Positions 27,996 through 36,620 of a DNA stretch of 64,000 bases are shown here, piece after piece. Made by a program: the position numbers and the translations under genes. Source of the DNA: an uncultured Halobacteriales archaeon (GTDB lineage: Archaea > Thermoplasmatota > E2 > JACPAO01 > JAHFTW01); NCBI GenBank assembly GCA_964627625.1, contig CAZVJB010000004.1, positions 3,995-67,994 of the forward strand, written 5' to 3'. Each line of letters starts with the position of its first letter. Positions within the stretch are counted from its first letter, which is position 1. The notes under the pieces are model-generated. The model ran no database searches. It saw only the letters and a list, made by a program, of their open reading frames with translations, and was not told the origin of the DNA.

Positions 27996-29765
27996 TCAGC
28001 GCGTCATCTTGAATTGCTTCTCGTAGTATTCCTCGAAGAGCGGCGCAAACCGCAGGCGCTGGTCCTTGCCCGTCGCCGTTTTGGGGATGGCCTCAACGAA
28101 CTGCACGACCTTCGGCGATTTCTCCCATGGGACGCCCTTGGCCTTGAACCAGTCCATAACAATCTGTGGGTTCAGTTGCGCTTCCGTGGTATCGGCTCTC
28201 CGCTCGATGACGGCACCAATCTCTTGGCCGAGTTTCTGCGACTTGAAACCGTACGCGAGGGCGTTCTCGACGCCCGGAATGCTGCGCAACAATTGGTCAA
28301 TCTCGAAGGTGCTGTATTTTTCGCCGCCGCGTTCGATCAGTTCCTTGATGCGGCCGACGATGAAGAAGAACGTGCGGCCCTTCGCGTCCATGGCGCAGAA
28401 TCCTTCGTCGCCCGTCTGCAGCACGCCATACGGGAAGGCCTTGCCGTTGGCCTCGTCGTTATGGAAGTACTCCTTCATCACGCTACGGCCGGAGACGACG
28501 ATTTCGCCCCAGAGGTCGTGCGACGCGGGCTTGCCAAACTGTGCGACGGGGCGGGGCTTGCCGGTGTCGGGGTCGATGATTCCCATCTGGTTGTGGACGA
28601 TGGGAACGCCGATTGAAGGGAATCCGTGGAATGCGATTGCCGTTTGATATTCTGCATCCGTCAAATCGCTCGGAAGGAAGCACGAGTAGCACGTTGTCTC
28701 CGACATGCCCCAGCCGTGCGCGATGCGGATGCCAAACTTGGCGGTGAACGCTTCAGCGACGTCAACGTAGAGTTGCCCGGCGCCACAGACAATTGTCTTG
28801 AACCGCTTGCGTACATCCGTATATTTTCCAAGATCATCGCCGATGTCCGTAAGCGACTTCAACATCGCCGGAACGACGGAGGTGGCGCTGACGTTTTCGC
28901 CGTAAACGCGTTCCCAGAAGAGTTGCGGCTTCCACTTGCGATTAAGAACCACGTTTGCGCCGCACCAGAGTGCGGTAAGGCACGTCGTCACGATGGAGTT
29001 GACGTGGAAGAGGGGCATGGCGGTCATGAATGTGTCCGACTCCGCAAAGCCGTGGTGCAGCGCGATGCCGTGCGCGTCGTAGAGCATCTCGTGGGTGAGA
29101 ACGACGCCTTTGGGGTTTCCCGTCGTTCCCGAGGTGTACACGATGAGGGCATCCGTGTCCAGTTTCTGCGGGCCAAGATCGAATTCGCCCTCGACGCTGA
29201 AAATCATCTCCCCCCACTCGGCGTCGTAGAACTGTCGCTCGCATGATTCGCCGTACGAAACGATTGTGCCTGCTCCGGCCTTGCGCGCGAAGGGGGCTAC
29301 GCGCTTGGCGTACGCGTCCCGAACGAACAGCGCCTTCGCGCGGGCATGGGTGAGAATGAATTCGAGGCGCGCGTCGTCCTCCTTCAGGTTGAGAGGCGCA
29401 ACAACGATTCCGGATGCCCAGGCCGCGTACAACGTGATGAGCGTATCCGCGTGGTTGAATTCGTCCGCGGTTGCGATGCAGTCGCCGGCAACGAGCCCGA
29501 GATCAGCCATGACCTTCGCAGCCTTGCGGACCTCGACCACGAATTCTTGGCGGGTCCAGGAAGCCCGGCTGCGGGCGTCGTCGTCATAGAACGCAAGGAA
29601 CGCCATGTCCGGTTTCTCGCGAGCCCGGCGCTCAAGGAGGTCACCGATACCATCCACGCCGAGGTCAAACGATGGCCAAACGTCGCCGTGGAGGTCCTTG
29701 TGGTCTACGCGGTGGGCCTTGGCGATTAGTTGCGGGACGGATTCCGTTTGGGTGGCCCCGGGCAC
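27996..29765 (-). CDS. AMP-dependent acyl-CoA synthetase/ligase (FadD-like)
   Basis: IVYTSGTTGNPKGVVLTHEM AMP-binding signature; 589 aa. Confidence 0.85.
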   Translation of the reverse strand: MPGATQTESVPQLIAKAHRVDHKDLHGDVWPSFDLGVDGIGDLLERRAREKPDMAFLAFYDDDARSRASWTRQEFVVEVRKAAKVMADLGLVAGDCIATADEFNHADTLITLYAAWASGIVVAPLNLKEDDARLEFILTHARAKALFVRDAYAKRVAPFARKAGAGTIVSYGESCERQFYDAEWGEMIFSVEGEFDLGPQKLDTDALIVYTSGTTGNPKGVVLTHEMLYDAHGIALHHGFAESDTFMTAMPLFHVNSIVTTCLTALWCGANVVLNRKWKPQLFWERVYGENVSATSVVPAMLKSLTDIGDDLGKYTDVRKRFKTIVCGAGQLYVDVAEAFTAKFGIRIAHGWGMSETTCYSCFLPSDLTDAEYQTAIAFHGFPSIGVPIVHNQMGIIDPDTGKPRPVAQFGKPASHDLWGEIVVSGRSVMKEYFHNDEANGKAFPYGVLQTGDEGFCAMDAKGRTFFFIVGRIKELIERGGEKYSTFEIDQLLRSIPGVENALAYGFKSQKLGQEIGAVIERRADTTEAQLNPQIVMDWFKAKGVPWEKSPKVVQFVEAIPKTATGKDQRLRFAPLFEEYYEKQFKMTR

Positions 29766-29940
29766 GCGTTGGGCAGGCGGGGGCGGGGTTTCAAAGTGAT
29801 GGGGCGACGGGGGACTTTAAGCAGAACGGACAGGCCTTGGTGTGTGCGACCCCCTAGGTCAACGCCCGACCATCCGCCGAACGCGCCGACCCCCCCGACC
29901 GACGACACCAACAAGTGTCCCAATTCACCTTACCCACCAA

Positions 29941-29954
29941 CACAATAAATTGTG
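29941..29954. promoter_or_regulatory. Perfect palindrome CACAAT-AA-ATTGTG in an A/T-rich patch upstream of the antitoxin gene (candidate operator/TATA region)
   Basis: cacaataaattgtg read directly from the sequence; it sits about 35-50 nt upstream of the antitoxin candidate starts. Confidence 0.3.
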
Positions 29955-29988
29955 GGCAATGTTTATGGGCGTTCACATGCAATACAGC

Positions 29989-30270
29989 ATGACCATGGCA
30001 AAGCCCGCCGCCTACGAAGGAAGCCTCGACCACCGAGGCCGCGTGACGATTCGACCCGAATTCCGGGGCAAGTTGGGAACGCGGTTCATCCAGATTCTCA
30101 TGCCCGATGGCGTGCACCTCTACCGGATTCCTGACAAACCGGGGTCGTATGGCGGGAGACTGCGTTCCACCGATGACCACAGCCAAATGGCGTACGAGCA
30201 ATGGGAAAAGGACAGGGAGGAAACGAATGAACGGATCCGCGGACACAAACCTCGTTCTCGCCCTCATTAA
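29989..30270 (+). CDS. AbrB/MazE/SpoVT-type antitoxin (VapB-like)
   Basis: GRVTIRPEFRGKLGTRFIQ swapped-hairpin motif. Several in-frame ATGs at 29959-29995; start approximate. Confidence 0.5.
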   Translation: MTMAKPAAYEGSLDHRGRVTIRPEFRGKLGTRFIQILMPDGVHLYRIPDKPGSYGGRLRSTDDHSQMAYEQWEKDREETNERIRGHKPRSRPH

Positions 30271-30595
30271 CGCAGACGACGCCCTCCACGAAAGGGCCCG
30301 CCGCCACGTCGCCACCGCCGGTCGCCTCCGGATGCCCCTATCCGTAGGCATCGAACTTCTGCAGGTGGCTCGAAAAAAGGACTTGCCCGCGCTCGAACTC
30401 TTGGGCCACGCGGCCCGCGACTTCGACGTCGACCAACTCGACCTCCTGGCGATTGCCGCCAAGTCGATGGCCCGGGGCGAAGTTACAAGCCCCATGGATG
30501 CCGTCCACCTCGCGGACGCCTTCCTGCACGGAACGCCCCTGCACACAGCCGACCGAAAGTTGCAAAAGACAGCGTTTCCGACGATGGCGTGGTAG
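30227..30595 (+). CDS. PIN-domain ribonuclease (VapC-like toxin)
   Basis: DTNLVLALINADD (N-terminal PIN Asp) plus downstream acidic residues; overlaps the antitoxin 3' end. Confidence 0.55.
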   Translation: MNGSADTNLVLALINADDALHERARRHVATAGRLRMPLSVGIELLQVARKKDLPALELLGHAARDFDVDQLDLLAIAAKSMARGEVTSPMDAVHLADAFLHGTPLHTADRKLQKTAFPTMAW

Positions 30596-30664
30596 GCGTC
30601 GCCGTTGACTGATCTCACTTCCCTCCCGGACAGAGTCATTACTCCTCCAGCCATCGTCTAGCGT

Positions 30665-31042
30665 ATGTCCTACCTCTGCTCCGACTGCCGGTTTTCCTTC
30701 ATCACAAACGACCCCTGTGAAACCTTTGTCGCCAACGACCTCGATCAGTGTAGCGCCTGTCGGCACGGCCGCGATTGCCACGCCGGCACGAAGGAGCCCC
30801 ATGAATTGGACCTTGGGGCCCTGCATGATCTGGCGGTCCACGTCGGAGGCGGCCCCGTCGGCTTCAAGCAGGCGCAAACAGCCCTGAAACGGGTGGCTCG
30901 GCTGCTCGCGGCCTCCATGTCATCCTTCGAGTGGGGCGAACACCTCATCAGCGGCCCAGAGGGCGAACCGGGAAAGTGTCAGCACTGCGGCGCCACGTTC
31001 GAGGAGATTCTCGGGGAACTGGGCTGTTCTGCCGTCGACTGA
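30665..31042 (+). CDS. Hypothetical Cys/His-rich small protein (possible metal-binding)
   Basis: CSDC...CSAC.H..DCH ... CQHCG cysteine pairs. Confidence 0.3.
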   Translation: MSYLCSDCRFSFITNDPCETFVANDLDQCSACRHGRDCHAGTKEPHELDLGALHDLAVHVGGGPVGFKQAQTALKRVARLLAASMSSFEWGEHLISGPEGEPGKCQHCGATFEEILGELGCSAVD

Positions 31043-31082
31043 CCCCCAATCTCAAGACCCGGCCCCCTGTCGGGCTCCTCAA

Positions 31083-31166
31083 GCCGACGTCGCCTAACCC
31101 GGTAGGGCAGCGGTCTTGAAAACCGCCGCGCGCGAGCGTTTCCAGGTTCAAATCCTGGCGTCGGCG
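31083..31166 (+). tRNA. tRNA-Ser (anticodon UGA), class II with long variable arm
   Basis: Hand-folded: 7-bp acceptor GCCGACG/CGUCGGC, 3-bp D-stem, anticodon stem GCGGU/ACCGC with loop CUUGAAA (anticodon UGA), 15-nt variable arm, T-arm CCAGG-UUCAAAU-CCUGG, discriminator G. No encoded CCA. Confidence 0.8.
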
Positions 31167-31524
31167 CTCACCTAGATGGAGAAACGCAGGTCTCACCGGC
31201 GTGGGGAGGACTTCGCGGAGACCAAGGGTTGTCCGATTTCACCCGCCCCCGGCTCGCGGTAAAGGCCGATAGGGCATTCTCCAATTGTGGACGACCTTGC
31301 TGCTTTCGTACTCCGGGCCAACCCCGTTGCGTTTCATCCTGGCATTGCCGGCGTTTTTGCCTTCCTAACCACCAGTTTTTCCGAGGTGGACAAGTGCATG
31401 TCGCGGCATCCGACGCTTGTCGTCTATTCCGTCATCATATGGGGCAAGACCGATTGGCTTGTTCGAGGACTGAATCCTGGAGCGAGAGGCTGGCTTCTGG
31501 CCCTACATGACGGCGGGCAACGGC

Positions 31525-33348
31525 TCAAGCTGTAACAGGCCATACCTTGCTGGCATACTGCCCCATTACGGCGCCGCGCTCGCGTATTTCCGTGCCACCC
31601 CACGCTTTTGGCCACTTTACAGGAATGTCCGAAACCATCTGCAGGCGCGGTCGATTGCCTCCATCGCTTTCATCGTCTGTGGACGATTTGCCATCGTACA
31701 GGCGATAGACACCATATTTCTTCAAAGGGTCCGCATTTTTCAGGCTCTGGTTGTCAGAATTTAGGAGCAGCGTGACGTTCCCAATGCGATGCACCATTCG
31801 GTCGTAGTCCTCCCCTTCCTTTGGCGAGTAGCCCTTTGGTTTCGTTTGGGGAAGTATATGTTCTACGTGCCAACGATCTGGTCCTACCAACTCTATGCTG
31901 TTGAGGGCCTGGTGCTCTGCAATACGGTAGAGGATAAATCGGGTCTGATCGACGTTTGAGCAATCGAGCTCGCCCCAATCCAGCGTCCCACCGACGCCAT
32001 TCGCGTCACACATTTCATGACAAATGCGTCCCAACTCGCCGGCTGGATTTCCTTTCTCACGGGCTGCTTGGCATAATTTTCCAATCTTGGATTCGACTAC
32101 ACTGCCACGCACGTCCTTCGTGAAGAACAGCCGGACGTACACTCCTTCAAGGAGGCGAAGGGTGCCGGCCAACATTTTCTGTGATTCCTTTTCCGTAAGG
32201 GAGAACCCCTTGTTTCGAACGAGGGCCATGAGAACCGGTGTTCCTTGTTTGAAATCAACGTGCGACCAATCGCGAAGCGCTCGCTCTAGGGCTCGCTCCA
32301 CTTTCACTTTCTGGTAGGCGGGATGATCGTCATGGAAACGTCCATGGGTAAAAGCCCAGAACCACCAAGCGTCTTCACGCCACTTATCGAGTGCGTCTCG
32401 AATGTCTTCCTTCGTTTTCAGCACGTCCCGATAGACACTGTAGACTTGCTTCCTGGGAACAAACTTGAAATTTGCCTCGTACCAATATCTTAGGAAATCT
32501 ACACCGCGATCGGGCCCAACGACCTCCATGATTTCGTCCCACTCGGAAGCAATTTCCTCGCGAACCTTAGTTCCGGAAAGCCGACTCAATAGAAGGTTCT
32601 TGATCAAGTCGCTTTGTGCCAAGGGAAGGTTTTTGCTGTTCAAGGACTCAAAGACGGCATAGGGGTTGTGTGGCTTGCTAACCTCGATTACCCCGAATCG
32701 AATTCGGTTTGCGATTACGTCGTGAATCTCATCTGCCATTCTTACGACCTGCTTTCGCTGGACGCCTTCGTCCTCCAGGTCAATACCCCTGGTCCGCGCA
32801 TCCGTATTTATGATCAGGTCAAGCTGTTCGTTTACAGTTTTCCAGCCCCGTAGAATTCGAGAACGCCCCGGCTTGGCACCCTTCCCTTTGCGAATCAAAG
32901 CCTCGTAGTTTGGATTGTCCCGCTGGCTGCACCGAAGGCGCAGCGGCGCGTTGTCTATCTCTTCAGTCGTCAGATTTGCGGCCGGTTCAGAATACAATAG
33001 TTGTAGCAGGTTTTGCTCCGTTGCTGTGCTTTCAGCCTTCGCCTTGCGGAGCTTGTGCACGAGAGCCGCCACGACCAAACTCAACGTGACCAATCGCTGC
33101 TGCCCATCTATGAGGTCAAGTTGGTCCGTCCCATCGTGCGGTTCATCGTTGAAAACGAGCGTTCCCAGAAACAAGGCACGGTCTGCCCGCCGTTTCGGAA
33201 TCTCAGACTCAATATCATTGAGGAGTTCCTCGATGTGCGTATTCTTCCAGGAATAGTCTCGCTGGTAGATGGGTACCGAAATTGTATCTTGGTCCGTCAT
33301 CAACGTAAGGAGGGTCCTGTCGTCTACACGGATACCGCCGCCAGCCAT
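31525..33348 (-). CDS. GmrSD-like type IV restriction / defence protein (DUF262 ParB-like N-domain + DUF1524 HNH-like nuclease)
   Basis: ISVPIYQRDYSW and LIDGQQRL (DUF262), C-terminal HVEHILPQTKPKGY (DUF1524 His-Me finger). Lower G+C than flanks by eye. Start approximate (track ORF extends to 33408). Confidence 0.75.
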   Translation of the reverse strand: MAGGGIRVDDRTLLTLMTDQDTISVPIYQRDYSWKNTHIEELLNDIESEIPKRRADRALFLGTLVFNDEPHDGTDQLDLIDGQQRLVTLSLVVAALVHKLRKAKAESTATEQNLLQLLYSEPAANLTTEEIDNAPLRLRCSQRDNPNYEALIRKGKGAKPGRSRILRGWKTVNEQLDLIINTDARTRGIDLEDEGVQRKQVVRMADEIHDVIANRIRFGVIEVSKPHNPYAVFESLNSKNLPLAQSDLIKNLLLSRLSGTKVREEIASEWDEIMEVVGPDRGVDFLRYWYEANFKFVPRKQVYSVYRDVLKTKEDIRDALDKWREDAWWFWAFTHGRFHDDHPAYQKVKVERALERALRDWSHVDFKQGTPVLMALVRNKGFSLTEKESQKMLAGTLRLLEGVYVRLFFTKDVRGSVVESKIGKLCQAAREKGNPAGELGRICHEMCDANGVGGTLDWGELDCSNVDQTRFILYRIAEHQALNSIELVGPDRWHVEHILPQTKPKGYSPKEGEDYDRMVHRIGNVTLLLNSDNQSLKNADPLKKYGVYRLYDGKSSTDDESDGGNRPRLQMVSDIPVKWPKAWGGTEIRERGAVMGQYASKVWPVTA

Positions 33349-33537
33349 GGCACGCGCGACGGAGCTTCGATCTTTAGATCCTGCGGCGGGCGGCGTCGTC
33401 CCTCCCAATTGGTGCCTCGATCCCGACTACCCTGATGATTGACCGTTTCCGCACAACCTTCGACCTTTGTCTTACACCCTTTGTCCGATACGCGCCATAT
33501 ACCCTGCCCGAACCTATCAGCGTACGAGGCCGACACG

Positions 33538-34206
33538 ATGCGCCGAACTCTCATCCTGGCAGGAACTATGACCGCCCTTCTGGCCTTGACCGCCTTCGTC
33601 CCCGCCGCAATCGCCGACGGTGACCGCAAGGAAATCAAGGAAGACCGCAAAGAGATCAAAGAGGACCGCAAGGAACTTCGTGAAGACAAGAAGGAGCTTC
33701 GCGATGACCTCAAGGCCTACGTCCTGAAGCACCGCCTGCACGGCAATACGACGCTGGAGCTTTCCGGTTCGGGCGTTGGCCGCGACAATGCGACGTACAA
33801 GTTCACGCTGGAAGCATCGGGCAAGGGCCTGGAGCGCTTCAACCGTGACGGCGAACTGCGTGCCCTTCGCGGCTACATGCTGGCCCACGTTGTAATCTAC
33901 AACGAGACGGGCGACGTCGTGAAGGACGGCGACATGCGCCTCAAGGTCTTCGCCCGCCTCACCGACGACGGCGAATGGAAATGGCAAGTCCAGTCGTGGG
34001 GCAAGCGCGCTGACGGGATGCCTCGCTTGGTACTGCGCGGCGACGCGGAGAAACTCCAACCCGGCGTTTTCCAGTTGGACGGCGCTGGCCACATGACCGT
34101 GAAGATGGACGGCGACGAGAGGTCGACGCCCATCAAGGTGAATGATGTCTCAGGCACGTTCACCCGCGAACTCCGGCCTGCCCTCACGCCCGCAGCCGCC
34201 GCCTAG
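33538..34206 (+). CDS. Secreted protein with charged KEIKEDRKE repeat region, function unknown
   Basis: MRRTLILAGTMTALLALTAFVPAAIA signal peptide; tandem (KEIKEDR)x3-like repeat; start at internal Met of the track ORF. Confidence 0.5.
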   Translation: MRRTLILAGTMTALLALTAFVPAAIADGDRKEIKEDRKEIKEDRKELREDKKELRDDLKAYVLKHRLHGNTTLELSGSGVGRDNATYKFTLEASGKGLERFNRDGELRALRGYMLAHVVIYNETGDVVKDGDMRLKVFARLTDDGEWKWQVQSWGKRADGMPRLVLRGDAEKLQPGVFQLDGAGHMTVKMDGDERSTPIKVNDVSGTFTRELRPALTPAAAA

Positions 34207-34305
34207 CCACTCAAGGGCCTGCCCAAATCAGAGCACAACCACACCCCGAACACCATAGGGCAGGCCTTCCCTCTTACCTCTCCTCCCGTTCGATTTCTTG
34301 CTGGT

Positions 34306-34941
34306 TCACTCGTCGCCTTGGTTCGCAGCCCGCGGACCTGGCACGAAATTCATAAGCGCCACCTGGCCGAACCCCGATTCCGTCCAGCCCACGGCGTTGA
34401 CGCAGCCGTAGTCCTGCGCGAAGGCGAAGCACTCCATGTAGGACCGCTTGAGGACATGGCCGAGAATGGCGCGATTGGTCCCCGCGTGTGCCGCGAGTAC
34501 TACGGAGCGGCCGCGGAATTCGGCCAGGAGTTTGGCGAGGGCGTCCTCGACGCGTGCTGCAAAAGCGTTTCCCGACTCGCCGTCGGGGCACGCAATCGAG
34601 CCCGGGTCCGCCTGCCACGCTTGCGCCTCCGCGGGCCCACGTTGCAAGATTTCGTTCCAGTGCAGGCCGTCCCACTTGCCGAAATCCATCTCCGCGAACG
34701 CGGGCCGGACGTCCACGATTTTGCCAAGAGCAGACGCAAGCGGACGCACCGTGTCCTTGGCGCGGCGGCGCGGGCTCGAGATGACGGCGTCCACGGCAGC
34801 GGACTCCAGGTAGGCACGAATGGCTTCGGCCTGATGCTTGCCCAAAGGAGAAAGGTCCACTTCCGAGGAACCGTTGAAGGCGCCGATCCTGCTGCCTTCC
34901 ACTTCGCCGTGGCGCAGAAACCAGAGGCGGGTAGGCTGCAT
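34306..34941 (-). CDS. Histidine phosphatase family protein (phosphoglycerate mutase / CobC-like)
   Basis: LWFLRHGE (RHG catalytic motif), later HAGTNRAI. Confidence 0.75.
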   Translation of the reverse strand: MQPTRLWFLRHGEVEGSRIGAFNGSSEVDLSPLGKHQAEAIRAYLESAAVDAVISSPRRRAKDTVRPLASALGKIVDVRPAFAEMDFGKWDGLHWNEILQRGPAEAQAWQADPGSIACPDGESGNAFAARVEDALAKLLAEFRGRSVVLAAHAGTNRAILGHVLKRSYMECFAFAQDYGCVNAVGWTESGFGQVALMNFVPGPRAANQGDE

Positions 34942-35024
34942 GGCGCGGCCGACTTGTACCCCGCTCATGACGCTTTGCCGCCGCAAGGTTCAAGTCGTAG
35001 GTATGACTATAGTATGACTACAGT

Positions 35025-35303
35025 ATGACTTCAACCAAATTCTCCATCTCCGTGACGGCCGAACTGGCCGGAGCGTTGGCGCAGTTGGCCAAAGAACGCC
35101 GCGACGACCGGAGCCGGCTAATCGAGATGCTCCTGCGCGAGAATCCACTTGTGGCCGCTAAGGTTTCGGCGCTGCGCGGGCCCGCCAACCCAGGAACAAA
35201 GAATGGCCGCGACATCGAAAAACTGCTTGCCCTTGGGCGAATTGCCCAGCGGCAATGGCGAATGAAGGTCGACGCCGGAAAGTTGGGTTTCCTTGCCCGC
35301 TGA
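35025..35303 (+). CDS. Ribbon-helix-helix (CopG-like) small DNA-binding protein
   Basis: KFSISVTAELAGALAQLAKERRDDRSRLIEMLLRE fits a beta-strand-helix-helix pattern. Confidence 0.4.
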   Translation: MTSTKFSISVTAELAGALAQLAKERRDDRSRLIEMLLRENPLVAAKVSALRGPANPGTKNGRDIEKLLALGRIAQRQWRMKVDAGKLGFLAR

Positions 35304-35856
35304 GGCCGGCACCGCGTTTCGCAACGAGTTGCGCCGCGTTCTTCCGGGACGATCGGAATCCGATCAGAAGTTCCTCCTGTTGGGAATTCTGACCAAGCAT
35401 CTGGAAGGAATTGACCGACCCGTGCTGGTCGGCGGCTCGCTCGTTGAACTTTACACGATGGGCGCCGTCGCCTCCGCCGACATGGACCTCGTGGGCGACC
35501 ACCGTAGTGTGGCCAAGTTGCTTCTTGCCGCCGGTTTTCAACTCCGAGGCCGCTACTTTGAAGGCGTCGAATTCCCCGTCCTGGTGGAAGTACCGGGTCA
35601 TTCGTTACGGCCGACCGAATCCGTCGAACCCATCCTATTCGAGGGCTACACATTGTATGCCGTATCGTTGGAGGACTCCATCGTTGACCGCCTCCTTGCG
35701 GCCAAGTTTTGGCGCTCGACGACGGATTGGGAGCGTGCCGTGCTACTTGCTGCAACCCATGCCAAGGCCATCAAGTGGCCGGAGCTGATGAAGCGGGCCG
35801 CCGCAAACGACGTCGCCGATGTCGCCGCAGACCTCCGCACTGCGACAAGGGCCTGA
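35293..35856 (+). CDS. Minimal nucleotidyltransferase-fold protein (MNT/DUF6036-like)
   Basis: GGSLVELYTMGAVASADMDLV matches the pol-beta NTase GS...(S/D)DxD motif; overlaps the RHH gene by 11 nt. Confidence 0.45.
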   Translation: MPAEAGTAFRNELRRVLPGRSESDQKFLLLGILTKHLEGIDRPVLVGGSLVELYTMGAVASADMDLVGDHRSVAKLLLAAGFQLRGRYFEGVEFPVLVEVPGHSLRPTESVEPILFEGYTLYAVSLEDSIVDRLLAAKFWRSTTDWERAVLLAATHAKAIKWPELMKRAAANDVADVAADLRTATRA

Positions 35857-35908
35857 CCTCCGACGGCCTTTTCCCGCCGCCCGCATTCGTCGTGCCGTGG
35901 CGGGCTCC

Positions 35909-36202
35909 ATGTTCGGGGGATTGTTCCGCTACGGAGAAACGGAACTCGAACCCGCGGTGCAGGCCGAGATACTGCTGGAATCGGCGCGCAACGAGGCCCG
36001 CGCGGCCATCCTCGAATTGCTCTTTGCGGTCGGGTTCGGCGTCTGGTACAAGTTTCGCGGCGAGGCGTTCCAGGCCGTCGCCATTTTTGCCGTCATCACC
36101 GTGTTGCCGTTGTTGATTGATGCCCAGCTGCGCCGCCGCGCCGCGCGCCGCCTGCTCGGCTTGGCACCGCATCCGCCAAAGCCGTTGAAGAAAACCGATT
36201 GA
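35909..36202 (+). CDS. Possible small membrane protein
   Basis: Two hydrophobic helices (LLFAVGFGVWY; AIFAVITVLPLLI); weak. Confidence 0.2.
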   Translation: MFGGLFRYGETELEPAVQAEILLESARNEARAAILELLFAVGFGVWYKFRGEAFQAVAIFAVITVLPLLIDAQLRRRAARRLLGLAPHPPKPLKKTD

Positions 36203-36218
36203 CGCGGAACGAACCTTA

Positions 36219-36620
36219 CTATCCCGAGCCTGCCTTCAGGTACGCAAGGCGGCCCTTTTCACGCGCCACGATGACCTGGAGGCCAGATTTCTGGCACTCA
36301 ATCTGGAGTTTCTTGTCATTAGTGACGACGAGCGCACGCAGGCGCCGGGCGACTTCGAGGATGCCATCGTCTCCCATCCGACCGGTTGGCTCCGGCTGGC
36401 AGCGCTCCGACAGTTTGAGGGCCATTTTTGCCGCGCGTCCCAATTCGCCGCGATTTTTCATGAGGTTCTTGAGTTCGGAGACGACGCTTGTCGGAACGTG
36501 CAGCGTGTGGGCGCCCAGGAAATCATCGAGCAGTTCTTCGAGGCGCGTGCCTTCCGTGAATGGCAACAAGAGGGCGTTTGTGTCGAGTACGACGGCTTGC
36601 GAGGCGGCGGTCTCGGTCAT
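36219..36620 (-). CDS. PIN-domain protein translationally coupled to aIF2-gamma
   Basis: VVLDTNALLLPF ... TNDKKL PIN motifs; ATGA start/stop overlap with the aIF2-gamma stop at 36617-36620. Confidence 0.7.
   Translation of the reverse strand: MTETAASQAVVLDTNALLLPFTEGTRLEELLDDFLGAHTLHVPTSVVSELKNLMKNRGELGRAAKMALKLSERCQPEPTGRMGDDGILEVARRLRALVVTNDKKLQIECQKSGLQVIVAREKGRLAYLKAGSG

Noticed and set aside
31170-33450. Complete integrative element with integrase at tRNA-Ser
   Set aside because: No integrase/recombinase gene and no obvious repeat of the tRNA 3' end found by eye; reported only as a compositionally deviant defence-gene segment.
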